Source of the DNA: an uncultured Planctomycetaceae bacterium | Lineage (GTDB): Bacteria > Planctomycetota > Planctomycetia > Pirellulales > UBA1268 | NCBI GenBank assembly: GCA_963923225.1 | Contig: CAWUOA010000002.1 | Location: 1 to 34,290, forward strand | Length of the DNA: 34,290 nt | Reading direction: 5' to 3' | In this document: one piece after another, positions 25,960 to 34,290 of the stretch | Position numbering within the stretch: the stretch's first letter is position 1 | How the letters are laid out: each line of letters opens with the position of its first letter | Notes under the pieces: model-generated | Told to the model about the DNA's origin: nothing | The model's database searches: none | The model's input: the letters and a program-made list of their open reading frames with translations, nothing else | Program-made: the position numbers and the translations under genes

Positions 25960-27395
25960 GCCACGCGACACCCGCGGCCCCCGCCGCGCCCGCCCGCGAT
26001 GCGGACGACTTCCCCTCCTGGATGAACCCGATGCTCGTCAAGGAGCTGCGCCAGGGGGTGCAGTCGGGGGCCTTCGCCTGGACCTTCATCCTCCTCCACG
26101 CGGGGATGTTCGTCCTGATGACGCTGTGGGTGCTGACCTTCGTGGCCGATCGCGATTCCCCCACCGACGTCCACGGCTTCTACCGCGGCATCTTCTGGGC
26201 GTTGTTCGGCGTCGCGGCCATGCTCGTGGTCCCCGGCCGGGCGGCCGGCTCCATGGCCGCCGAACGACAGGGGACGGCGCTCGACCTGCTGCGACTCACG
26301 CGCCTCTCGTCGACGCAGATCGTACTCGGCAAGTGGCTCGGCACGATGGCCCAGGTGGGGCTGGTGACGGTGTCGGTCCTCCCGTACGTCGTCCTCCAGT
26401 ACTTCTTCGGGGGCCTCGACGTGATCGCCGACCTGATGGCGCTGGCAGGGGTGCTGATGGCGGCGTCGGTGACGACCGCGGGGTCGGTGGCCATGGCGAA
26501 ACAGTCTTCGATCCTGCGTGGGGGACTGTTCCTGATCCTGGGCTACGCCGCCGTGGGCTTCGCGGTGGGAACGGCCGGAGGGTTCAGCCTCACCCTCACC
26601 CCGAGCGGCACGTTGGTCGGAGTCGCGGCGGTCGCGGCGGCGCTGCTCACGGCCGTGCTCCTGGAGTACTCCGCCGCCGCCGTCGCCCCCGCCGCCGAGA
26701 ACCACGCCGGCCGGATCCGTTTGCTGGTGCTCGTCGCCGTGGCGCTGGCGCTGGGGGTGGGCCCCGCGCTCGGCCCCGGGATCGATTCCCTGCTGGCGAC
26801 GGCGGCGGCGACGCTGGTCGTCGTCGTGGCCACCGTCGAGTTCACCACCAACGCCTCGCCGGTCATCGCGCTCCACGCGCCGTTCGCGCGGGCCCGGCTC
26901 CCGGGACACCTCGCCGCGGCCCTGTTCACCCCCGGCTGGGCCACCGCCGTGCCGTTCCTCCTGGTCGCCACGGCGCCCTGGCTCCTGCTCGGCTCCGCCA
27001 CCGGCCGGCTCGGGGAAACCGCCGTCGGGCTGGCCGCGCTCCTCCTCCCCCTTCCGTTGTTGGCGCTCTTCCCGGCAGGGCGCCAGCGATGGGCCGCGAT
27101 CCTCCTGGTGCACGCCGCGTCGATCGCGCTGTACGCGCTGGGTGGTGCCTGGCTGGCCATGAACTCCCTGTCGCGGCGGTTTCCGGTGTTGCTCCCCCTT
27201 CCGGCGTTCATCGCGCGATACGGCGCGGGCATGGGCGCCGATGAAGTCTCCGCGATTCCGGCGCTGTGCACGACGGCGGTCTGCCTCGTGCCCCTGGTTC
27301 CCCTCTGGCTGTACGAGATGCGCGCCCTCTCCGGCAGACTCGCGGCCGCTTCGGGCCGGCGCGACGCGTCCCTCCCTCCGCGGGCCGCGCCATGA
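25956..27395 (+). CDS. polytopic membrane protein, probable ABC-2-type permease partner
   Basis: ATG 25956 overlaps the ATPase stop (ATGA). N-terminal NPMLVKELRQGVQSGAFAW is typical of ABC-2 permeases. About 10-12 hydrophobic segments across 479 aa. The permease assignment rests mainly on context. Confidence 0.7.
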   Translation: MSHATPAAPAAPARDADDFPSWMNPMLVKELRQGVQSGAFAWTFILLHAGMFVLMTLWVLTFVADRDSPTDVHGFYRGIFWALFGVAAMLVVPGRAAGSMAAERQGTALDLLRLTRLSSTQIVLGKWLGTMAQVGLVTVSVLPYVVLQYFFGGLDVIADLMALAGVLMAASVTTAGSVAMAKQSSILRGGLFLILGYAAVGFAVGTAGGFSLTLTPSGTLVGVAAVAAALLTAVLLEYSAAAVAPAAENHAGRIRLLVLVAVALALGVGPALGPGIDSLLATAAATLVVVVATVEFTTNASPVIALHAPFARARLPGHLAAALFTPGWATAVPFLLVATAPWLLLGSATGRLGETAVGLAALLLPLPLLALFPAGRQRWAAILLVHAASIALYALGGAWLAMNSLSRRFPVLLPLPAFIARYGAGMGADEVSAIPALCTTAVCLVPLVPLWLYEMRALSGRLAAASGRRDASLPPRAAP

Positions 27396-28267
27396 ACCAC
27401 GCGGAGATCCACGCCTCGGCCCGCGGCGCGGCCGACGTCCTCGCCCTCCCGCTGCGCCGCGAGCGTTTCGCGGGCTCCGCCGGTCCGTTGTCCGGCCGCG
27501 GGAGCGGGAGCTCCCTCGAGTTCCACGACCAGCGACGCTACGTCCCCGGCGACGACCCGCGCCACATCAACTGGCTCGCCACCGCGCGGGGCGGAGAGTA
27601 CGTCCTCAAGCAATGGCGCGAGGAGGTGTCCCCGTGCATCGACATCCTCCTCGACCACTCCCCCTCCATGTTCCTCTTTCCCGCCAAGGCCCGGCGCGTG
27701 TGGGAACTGGCCTACTTCGCCATCGAGGCCGCCCGCCGATCGGGGGCCCGCCTCCGCATCCTCCGTCTCGGCCGCGAGCGGGGCACGGCGCCGGAAGCCA
27801 TCGCCCCGGAGCGGGCGCTCGCCCACGACTGGCCGGCGGTGCCCGCTCCCCCCCGGGCGCCCGCGCCGCTGGCCGCCGATCTGTCGCGTGCCGATCCCCG
27901 GCCCGGATCGCTGCGGATCCTCGTCTCCGACCTGCTCGACCCGGCCCCTCCCGACGGGGCGACCTCGGCGCTGGCGGCCGGCAACGGCCGGGCCGTGATC
28001 CTCGCCCCGTCGGCCGCGGAGGAACGTGACCCGGACTGGTCGGGCAACGTCGAATTCGAGGATTGCGAGACCGGCGCGCGGCGGTTCTCGCTCGTCGACG
28101 AGACGATCATGGCACGGTACCGGGCCGCATGGCAGCGTCATGTCGGAGCCTGGCGGGAGTCCGCCGCGCGACGCGGGATCGGCATGGCGATGGTCGCCGC
28201 CGAGGGGCCGTTCCTCGACGCCCTGCGCGGCGAGGCGCTGCCGGCCGGCGTCCTGGAGCCGTGGTGA
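27392..28267 (+). CDS. DUF58 domain protein (vWA-like, MoxR-associated)
   Basis: ATG 27392 overlaps the permease stop (ATGA). GSGSSLEFHDQRRYVPGDDPRHINWLATAR is the DUF58 hallmark, followed by the MIDAS-like ILLDHSPSM. Confidence 0.85.
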   Translation: MNHAEIHASARGAADVLALPLRRERFAGSAGPLSGRGSGSSLEFHDQRRYVPGDDPRHINWLATARGGEYVLKQWREEVSPCIDILLDHSPSMFLFPAKARRVWELAYFAIEAARRSGARLRILRLGRERGTAPEAIAPERALAHDWPAVPAPPRAPAPLAADLSRADPRPGSLRILVSDLLDPAPPDGATSALAAGNGRAVILAPSAAEERDPDWSGNVEFEDCETGARRFSLVDETIMARYRAAWQRHVGAWRESAARRGIGMAMVAAEGPFLDALRGEALPAGVLEPW

Positions 28268-28283
28268 CGCCCGCGACGGGAGC

Positions 28284-30167
28284 GTGGATGCCTTGGGAAT
28301 CGTTCTCGCCAATCCGTGGGGCCTCGCCGCGCTCGCCGCGGTGCCGCTCCTGATCGCGATCCACTGCCTGCGGCAGCGCTCGCGGAGCGTGCGCGCGAGC
28401 ACCCTCTTCCTCCTCGAGCACGCCGCCCCCCGCCCCGTCGGCGGCAGACGGCTCGAGCGCTTCCGCGGCAGCCTGCCCTTCTGGCTCCAACTCGCCGCCC
28501 TCCTGGCCGCGACCTGGCTCCTCGTCGAGCCGCGCTGGATCCGCAAGGAGTCCCGCCAGACCGTCGTGGTGCTCCTCGACGGCTCGATCTCGATGGAGGC
28601 GTTCCTCGGGGAGACGAAACGGGCCCTCGCGGCGGCGTTGAGGACGCTCGCCACCTCGGCGGGGCGCACCGACTGGCATCTCGTCGAGACCGGCCCGCGC
28701 CGGGGGTCGCTCCATGCCGGCGACCGGCTCGACGGCCTCCTCGCCGCCCTCGAGCGCTGGCGACCGACGCAGGGCACGCACGACCCCGGCCCGGCGCTGG
28801 CCCTGGCGCTGTCCCTCGCTCCGCCCGAACGCGGCGGAGCGATCCTCGTCACCGATCGTCCGGTGGAGGTGCCGCCGGGAGTGGCGTTGTTCTCCGTGGC
28901 GACGCCGATCGGGAACGTCGGCTTCACCGGAGCCGATTCGACGGCGGAGGAGACCGCGGACGGCTCCGACTCGGCGCCCCGGGCGTCGCCGGTGCGGCGC
29001 TGGCGGGCCCTCGTGAAGAACCACGGCCCCTCGGCCGCCACCCGGAGCCTGTCGCTCTTCCGCGGTGCGATGGGCGGGGTCCCGGGGGAGCGCGTCGGCG
29101 AGCCGCTGGCCCTGAACCTCGCGCCGGGGGAGACGCGCGCCCTCTCGGGCCCCTGGCCCGCGGGCGCCGACCGCCTCCTCCTCGCCCTCGACCCCGACCG
29201 CTTCACGGCCGACGACGTGGCGCCGATCGAGCGGCCCGTTCCGCGGGACGTGCGCGTGGCGCCACGCGAAGGGGGGGAACCGCGCGTCGCGGCGATGCTC
29301 GCCGCCGCGGACGCGGTGACCGTGATCGGCGATCCCGCCGACGCCGATCTCGTGGTGGGTCGTCTCGGCGACGACGTCGCTCGTCACGCCGTTCTCCTCC
29401 CGGCCCTCGCCACGGAGGGGAGCGCGGAGGCACCGCTCGACTCCGCTCCGATCGCCGCCACCGACCATCCGCTCGTCCGTGATCTCGCCTGGGGCGGCCT
29501 CCTCTCGGCGTCACCCGTCGAGATTCCGACCGGGGCCGGCGACGAGGTGCTCGTGTGGAAGGGGCGGATGCCGCTGGTCGTCCTCCGCACCACGATCCTC
29601 CCGGACGACGCCCCGCGGGAGTCGCTCCTGCTGGCCTTCGATCTCGAAACCTCGAACGCAGCGCGCCTCCCGGCGCTGGTCGTCCTCCTCGACCGGTTCG
29701 CCGAACGCGTCCGGCGGACCATCGACCGGCCGTGGGCCGACACCTTCCAGACCGAGCAGTCGATCCCCCTGTCCGAGCGCGCGGCCACGATGGCGGTGTC
29801 GCCGGCCGCGCCGCCGCCCGGCGCCGACGACGCCGCGGAGGAGCCTTTCCAGGGGCGCGCGCCACGCGGAGCGTCGTTCTTCGAGGTCCGGGACGGCGGG
29901 GGGGCCCCGCTCCTCTCGGGCGCCGCGTCACTCCTCGATCCGCGTGAAGGGGATTTCGCCGCCGCCGGAAGCGTCGACGGGATCGGCGCGATGCGTCGCG
30001 AGGGGGCGCTGCGCCGCTCGGTCGCCGATCCGTTCCTGCCGGGTTGGCTGGCGCTGCTCGCGGGGGCGCTGGCGACGGCGTGGTGGCTCCAGGCCCGGCC
30101 CGCCGCGACGCTCCCGCATCCCTCCCCGATCGGCACCCCGTCCCCGCTCCCGGAGCCGAGGCCATGA
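28284..30167 (+). CDS. BatA-like protein: N-terminal double-TM domain, vWA-like domain, C-terminal TM
   Basis: Start GTG 28284 or TTG 28293 (GGGAG at 28278-28282 favours TTG). LANPWGLAALAAVPLLIAIHCLRQRSR ... LPFWLQLAALLAATWLLV matches the aerotolerance-regulator (BatA) N-terminal double-TM pattern. MIDAS-like VVLLDGSISM. C-terminal helix PGWLALLAGALATAWWL. Confidence 0.75.
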   Translation: MDALGIVLANPWGLAALAAVPLLIAIHCLRQRSRSVRASTLFLLEHAAPRPVGGRRLERFRGSLPFWLQLAALLAATWLLVEPRWIRKESRQTVVVLLDGSISMEAFLGETKRALAAALRTLATSAGRTDWHLVETGPRRGSLHAGDRLDGLLAALERWRPTQGTHDPGPALALALSLAPPERGGAILVTDRPVEVPPGVALFSVATPIGNVGFTGADSTAEETADGSDSAPRASPVRRWRALVKNHGPSAATRSLSLFRGAMGGVPGERVGEPLALNLAPGETRALSGPWPAGADRLLLALDPDRFTADDVAPIERPVPRDVRVAPREGGEPRVAAMLAAADAVTVIGDPADADLVVGRLGDDVARHAVLLPALATEGSAEAPLDSAPIAATDHPLVRDLAWGGLLSASPVEIPTGAGDEVLVWKGRMPLVVLRTTILPDDAPRESLLLAFDLETSNAARLPALVVLLDRFAERVRRTIDRPWADTFQTEQSIPLSERAATMAVSPAAPPPGADDAAEEPFQGRAPRGASFFEVRDGGGAPLLSGAASLLDPREGDFAAAGSVDGIGAMRREGALRRSVADPFLPGWLALLAGALATAWWLQARPAATLPHPSPIGTPSPLPEPRP

Positions 30168-32761
30168 TGCGGCTGGTCTCCCCCCAGTGGCTCGTTCTCC
30201 TGCCGATCCTCGCCGCGGTGGCGTGGCGCTGGCCGGCGCTCGGCCTGTGGCGGCCACCGCGTGCCGCGTGCATGGCACTCGTCGTCCTCCTCCTGGCCGG
30301 CCCGGAGATGCGGCGGCAGGGGGACGGGCTCGATCTCTGGCTCCTCGTCGACCGCTCCGAGAGCGCCGAGGAGACGGTCGGCACGCGGGCGCGCGAATGG
30401 GAGGCGATCCTCGCGGAGTCGCGCGGGCCCGCGGACCGGCTTCTGGTCGTCGACTTCGCCGACGAGTCCGTGACGCGCGGCGCCATCCTCCGCGCCGGAG
30501 CGGGAGGGGGAGAGTTCTCCGGCAAACGCGGGGCGACGCGTCTGGCCGGCGCCGCCCGCCACGCGCTGGCGCAGGCCCGCTCCGACCGGGCCACGAGGAT
30601 CCTGGCGCTCACCGACGGGTTCTCCACCGAGCCTCTCGACGGCCTCGCCGAGACGCTGCGCGCACGGGACGTGCCCCTCGATCTCCGCCTCGCCCCCCTG
30701 CCCCGCGAGGACGACTTCTCGGTGGCGTCGCTCGTGGCCCCCAGACGCGTCGGCCCGCGCGAGGGAGTCCTCCTCGAGACGCTCGTCCGCGGCTCCGTCG
30801 ATGCCCGCGTGCCGGTGGAGGTGTGGCGCGACGGGCAGCAGGTGGGGAAGTCAATCGCCGACGTCGTCGACGGGGAGGCCCGGCCGCGCTTTTCCGATCT
30901 CCCCGCCACGCCGGGAGCCCACCGCTACGAAGTGCGCGTCGCCGCGGAGGGGGACGCCCGCCCCGGAAACGACGCCGCGGGCCGGTGGGTCGAAGTGGCC
31001 GGCGGGCCGCGGATTCTCCTGGCGAGCGCCTGGAATCCGAGCCCGCTGGCCGCGGCGCTGCGTGCCCAGGGCCACGACGTCGTCGAGACGAGCGACCCCG
31101 GATCGCTCCACGTCGGCATGCTCGCCGGCGCCCGCGCCGTGATCCTCGACGGGATCCCCGCGCACCGCTTCCCCGTCGACTTCATCCGTGCGCTCGAGTT
31201 CTTCGTGACCGCGCAGGGGGGCGGGCTGGCGATGATCGGTGGGAGGCACTCCTTCGCCGGCGGCGGCTGGGCGGGCTCGGTCGTCGACCCGCTCCTCCCG
31301 GTATCGCTCGAGAGCAAGGCGGAGCGCCGCAAGCTCGCCGTCGCCATGGCGATCGTCCTCGACCGCTCCGGTAGCATGTCGATGACCGCCCCCGGCTCGA
31401 ACGTGACGAAGATGGCGCTCGCGGACGAGGGGGCGGCCCGGTCGATCGAACTCCTCGGCGACCAGGATCTCGTCGTCGTGATCCCGGTCGACTCCGAAGC
31501 GCATCCCCTCTCGAGCGCCCCCGTCGCCGTGGGACCGAACCGGGAGAGCCTCGCCCGGGCCGCACGGGGCGTGACCAGCGGTGGGGGGGGCATCTACTGC
31601 TACACCGGCCTGGCGTCGGCCTGGAGCATGCTCCGCGACCATCCCGTCGGGCAGCGCCACGTGATCCTCTTCGCCGACGCCGCCGACGCCGAGGAGCCCG
31701 GGGCCTACGTCGCACTCCTGGAGGAGATGCAGCAGGGGGGCTGCACGGTGAGCGTCATCGGGCTGGGCACGGAGCGCGACCGCGACGCGGCCCTCCTCAG
31801 CGACATCGCCGCGCGGGGCGGCGGACGGATCTTCTTCAGCGACCGCCCGGACGACCTGCCGGCGCTGTTCCAGATGGAGACCGCGACGGTCGCGCGTTCG
31901 GCGTTCGTGGAGGAGCCGGTGGCCGTGGCCGCCACACCCGGCTGGCTGCAACTGGCCGCCGCGCCGCTCGACTGGCCCGGCACGGTCGACGCCCACAACG
32001 TCGTCGAGCTCCGTCCCGGTGCCTCCACGGCGCTGGTCACGTCCGGCGAGGAGGAACCGGTGCCGCTGGTGGCGTTCTGGCAGCGCGGCGCCGGCCGCAC
32101 CGCGTCGGTCGCCCTTCCCCTCGGCGGCCCGGGCTCGGAGGGTGTCCGCGGGTGGGAGGGCTACGCTCCGTTGGCCGGCACGCTCGCCCGCTGGCTCGCC
32201 GGCTCGGGGATGCCGGAGGGGATCGGCCTGCGGACCACGGTCGAGGGATCGGCGCTCCGCCTCGACCTCCTCTACGACGACGCCTGGAGCCAGCGTGTCG
32301 CCGCCGAGCCGCCCCGCTTGGCGATCGCCCGGGGGCGTGCCGGCGCCGCGGCGGAGGTGCCGTGGGAGAAACAGGCCCCGGGACACTTCTCCGCCTCGGT
32401 CGACATCGCCGACGCGGAGTACGTCCGCGCCGCGGTCACCACCGGTGACGTGGCCCTCTCCGCCGGCCCCCTCGACGCCGGCACGAACCCGGAATGGACG
32501 CTCGATCCGCGCCGCCGCGACGACTTGCGTGCCGTGAGCCGGGCCACCGGCGGCGCGGAGCGCGACGACCTGGCCGCGGTCTGGCGGGCCCCGCGGCCCC
32601 GCGCCTGGCGCGGCCTCCACCGCGAGCTCCTGACGCTGCTCCTGGCGGCGATCCTGGGCGAGGCGTTGGCCACCCAGGCCGGCTGGCAGCCGCGCGTCGC
32701 GACGCGTGGCTTCAGCGGCGCGGCCCCAGCCGCCTCCCGACCTCGAGCGCCACGAGCCTGA
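30164..32761 (+). CDS. large membrane protein: vWA-like, GATase1-like (non-catalytic), vWA
   Basis: ATG 30164 overlaps the upstream stop (ATGA). N-terminal TMs. LWLLVDRSESA (MIDAS-like). PRILLAS...VILDGIPAHRF...FVTAQGGGLAMIGGRHSF resembles the GATase1-like DUF1355-type fold but has no nucleophile Cys in the GGGLAMIGG elbow. A second vWA domain with IVLDRSGSMS...GGGIYCYTGL...ILFADAADA. C-terminal TM LLTLLLAAILGEAL. Confidence 0.8.
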   Translation: MMRLVSPQWLVLLPILAAVAWRWPALGLWRPPRAACMALVVLLLAGPEMRRQGDGLDLWLLVDRSESAEETVGTRAREWEAILAESRGPADRLLVVDFADESVTRGAILRAGAGGGEFSGKRGATRLAGAARHALAQARSDRATRILALTDGFSTEPLDGLAETLRARDVPLDLRLAPLPREDDFSVASLVAPRRVGPREGVLLETLVRGSVDARVPVEVWRDGQQVGKSIADVVDGEARPRFSDLPATPGAHRYEVRVAAEGDARPGNDAAGRWVEVAGGPRILLASAWNPSPLAAALRAQGHDVVETSDPGSLHVGMLAGARAVILDGIPAHRFPVDFIRALEFFVTAQGGGLAMIGGRHSFAGGGWAGSVVDPLLPVSLESKAERRKLAVAMAIVLDRSGSMSMTAPGSNVTKMALADEGAARSIELLGDQDLVVVIPVDSEAHPLSSAPVAVGPNRESLARAARGVTSGGGGIYCYTGLASAWSMLRDHPVGQRHVILFADAADAEEPGAYVALLEEMQQGGCTVSVIGLGTERDRDAALLSDIAARGGGRIFFSDRPDDLPALFQMETATVARSAFVEEPVAVAATPGWLQLAAAPLDWPGTVDAHNVVELRPGASTALVTSGEEEPVPLVAFWQRGAGRTASVALPLGGPGSEGVRGWEGYAPLAGTLARWLAGSGMPEGIGLRTTVEGSALRLDLLYDDAWSQRVAAEPPRLAIARGRAGAAAEVPWEKQAPGHFSASVDIADAEYVRAAVTTGDVALSAGPLDAGTNPEWTLDPRRRDDLRAVSRATGGAERDDLAAVWRAPRPRAWRGLHRELLTLLLAAILGEALATQAGWQPRVATRGFSGAAPAASRPRAPRA

Positions 32762-33542
32762 AGAAGAGCCGCGGCGAAAGACGCTTCACCCACCAGATCA
32801 GCCGCCCCTTCGCCGGCTGGAACACGTACAGCCGCTTGGCGGCCATCGCCTTCACCGCCGCGTCGGCCACCGCCTCCGCGGTGAGCGTCGAGCGGGAGAA
32901 CTCCCCGCGGGCGACGCGGAGGTCGGCGGCGGTCGCGAAGCGTCCGTTGTCGAGGAGACGGGTGGGGAAGAACGACGGGCAGAGCACGGTCACGCCGATG
33001 CCGCGGCTCCGCCACTCGGAGTGGAGCGTCTCGGAGAAGGAGACGACCGCCGCCTTGGTGACGTTGTACGCGGCCATCCCGGGAAACGACCCGATCGCCG
33101 CCAGCGAGGCGGTGTTGATCACGTGCGCGCCCCGGGGATTGGCCTCCAGCCAGTCGACGAAGACGTGGCAGCCGTGGATCACGCTCCACAGGTTCACCTC
33201 GACGATCCAGCGCCAGTCGTCGAGCGGGCAGCGGCCGACGTTCCCCGACACCGCCACGCCGGCGTTGTTGACGAGCAGGTCGAGGTGCTCCCAGTCGGCC
33301 CCGAGCCGGGCGCGGAGCGATTCCCACGCCGCCACGTCGGTGACGTCGAGCGGCTCGACGCGCCCCGCCCCGCCGGCCGCGCGGACGAGGTCGAGGGTCT
33401 CCCGGCTGCCGGCCTCGTCGACGTCGCAGAGGGCGATTTCCCAGCCGTCGCGCGCGAGGCGCCGGCAGAGGGCGCGGCCCAGGCCGCTCGAGGCCCCGGT
33501 GACGATCGCCCGCCTGGGGGCGGCCGCGTTCGGCCGGCTCAC
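32712..33542 (-). CDS. short-chain dehydrogenase/reductase (SDR)
   Basis: GTG at complement of 33540-33542 overlaps the upstream stop (GTGA). AIVTGASSGLGRAL (TGxxxGxG), LVNNAGV, and the catalytic S...YNVTK (YxxxK). Confidence 0.85.
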   Translation of the reverse strand: MSRPNAAAPRRAIVTGASSGLGRALCRRLARDGWEIALCDVDEAGSRETLDLVRAAGGAGRVEPLDVTDVAAWESLRARLGADWEHLDLLVNNAGVAVSGNVGRCPLDDWRWIVEVNLWSVIHGCHVFVDWLEANPRGAHVINTASLAAIGSFPGMAAYNVTKAAVVSFSETLHSEWRSRGIGVTVLCPSFFPTRLLDNGRFATAADLRVARGEFSRSTLTAEAVADAAVKAMAAKRLYVFQPAKGRLIWWVKRLSPRLFFRLVALEVGRRLGPRR

Positions 33543-34290
33543 GGCAGCTTCCGCCTGCAACGGTGCAGGGTCATGATCGCGTAGGCGGTGCCGTACTGCT
33601 GGTGGTAGTCGTAGAGCGGGTAGTCCCACCAGGAGCCGTCGGCGTCCTGGACGTCGACGATGATCCGGGCGAGGTGGTCCTGGTAGAAGGGGCGACGCTC
33701 CGCCGGCAGCTGGTCGATGACCCGCGCGGCGTAGTAATGGCCGAAGTAGTAGAAGTAGCCCGCCACCTGAAAGAACGACTCGTGCGGGACCGGCCGTTTG
33801 CGGCCGAGATCGAGCCAGCCGTTGCGCGTCACGAGCCGGTCGAGCCAGTCCTCGAAGACCTGCTCGGTGATCTTCTCGTCGCCCCACAGCCGCATCGCCA
33901 GGTTGCACGCCTGACTGCGCCCCAGGCTTCCGGCGGGACGGTTGATGCCGCGGCGCGGCTGGTTGCGCAGGTAGCTGCCGTAGAGGTAGCTGAAGTCGGG
34001 GAGCTGCTGGAGACGAGTCGCCTCGACGGCGCGGGCGGTGACCTTCTCGGGGGGTGGCACGCCGATCCCCCGGGCGTCGGCGAAGGCGACGAGGACCATG
34101 GCGTTGACGAAGCTCGTCGACGACGACGCCGGCCGCTGGGTGCCGTGCTTGAAGTCGTAGTAGCCCCAGCCCCCCTCGGCCGACTCGTACTTCTCGAGCT
34201 TCTCGTACTGGCCGCGGATCAGCCCCTCGATCCGTTCCCGCCGCGCCGCGTCGTCGGGCTTGCGGCCGTGCATCGCCACCAGCGCCTGGA
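33539..34290 (-). CDS. prenyltransferase/squalene-oxidase-repeat (alpha-alpha toroid) protein, partial (5' end beyond the window)
   Basis: The frame is open to the window end (..QALVAMHGRKPDD..). Repeated aromatic-rich units SAEGGWGYYDF and DADGSWWDYPLY are typical of terpene-cyclase/prenyltransferase repeats. Confidence 0.7.
   Translation of the reverse strand, partial: QALVAMHGRKPDDAARRERIEGLIRGQYEKLEKYESAEGGWGYYDFKHGTQRPASSSTSFVNAMVLVAFADARGIGVPPPEKVTARAVEATRLQQLPDFSYLYGSYLRNQPRRGINRPAGSLGRSQACNLAMRLWGDEKITEQVFEDWLDRLVTRNGWLDLGRKRPVPHESFFQVAGYFYYFGHYYAARVIDQLPAERRPFYQDHLARIIVDVQDADGSWWDYPLYDYHQQYGTAYAIMTLHRCRRKLP

Noticed and set aside
22092-32761. MoxR/vWA cluster as a phage-defence 'MoxR-vWA ternary conflict system'
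   Set aside because: No nuclease, protease/caspase, TIR, STAND NTPase or other effector-type domain is recognisable. The DUF58/BatA-type membrane architecture fits the housekeeping Bat-like class better. It is kept as an unusual envelope system, not as a defence call.
32712-32761. 50-nt convergent overlap of the 3' ends of the large vWA gene (+) and the SDR gene (-)
   Set aside because: Probably trivial. Both C-terminal tails are Arg/Pro/Ala-rich and unconserved-looking, and in GC-rich DNA stops are rare, so ORFs tend to overrun. There is no independent evidence of regulatory meaning.
1-34290. Search for CRISPR arrays, tandem or long direct repeats, IS elements, integrases, and tRNA/rRNA genes
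   Set aside because: No repeat-spacer periodicity, transposase or integrase motifs, or tRNA-like cloverleaf candidates were noticed in the short intergenic regions. By-eye scanning cannot exclude small ncRNAs.

Overview
Visibly GC-rich bacterial chromosomal window (GC not computed) with about 30 protein-coding genes, mostly in long operons joined by ATGA/GTGA start-stop overlaps. I recognised no rRNA, tRNA, CRISPR array, transposase or integrase.

Left to right:
- a partial SAM methyltransferase (-), then about 1 kb of unresolved sequence with a possibly frameshifted small gene;
- a five-gene + strand operon: TusA and a DsrE-like sulfur carrier, a cytoplasmic GAF hybrid histidine kinase, a single-domain receiver, and a (DHp-like x2)-REC-class III adenylate cyclase;
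- a FadL/TodX-type outer-membrane channel;
- a GNAT acetyltransferase and a Ca2+/H+ antiporter (-);
- a decayed PIN/VapC toxin remnant and a PEP-CTERM secreted protein (-);
- kdpFABC plus a KdpD-like sensor that ends before the kinase core and is start/stop-overlapped with an RtcB RNA ligase;
- the futalosine-pathway genes mqnB-mqnD;
- a ~12 kb Bat-like MoxR/DUF58/vWA cluster that also encloses an ABC-2-type exporter pair and two family-less membrane proteins;
- an SDR and a partial prenyltransferase/terpene-cyclase-repeat protein (-).

The gene content (futalosine pathway, PEP-CTERM, MoxR-BatA cluster, prenyltransferase-repeat protein) hints at a PVC/Planctomycetota-like organism, but that is inference only.

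Best candidates for something undescribed:
1. the MoxR/vWA cluster with the embedded ABC exporter and orphan proteins;
2. the kinase-less KdpD coupled to RtcB;
3. the sulfur-carrier / phosphorelay / cAMP operon.

All family calls come from motif recognition by eye. No database search was run.
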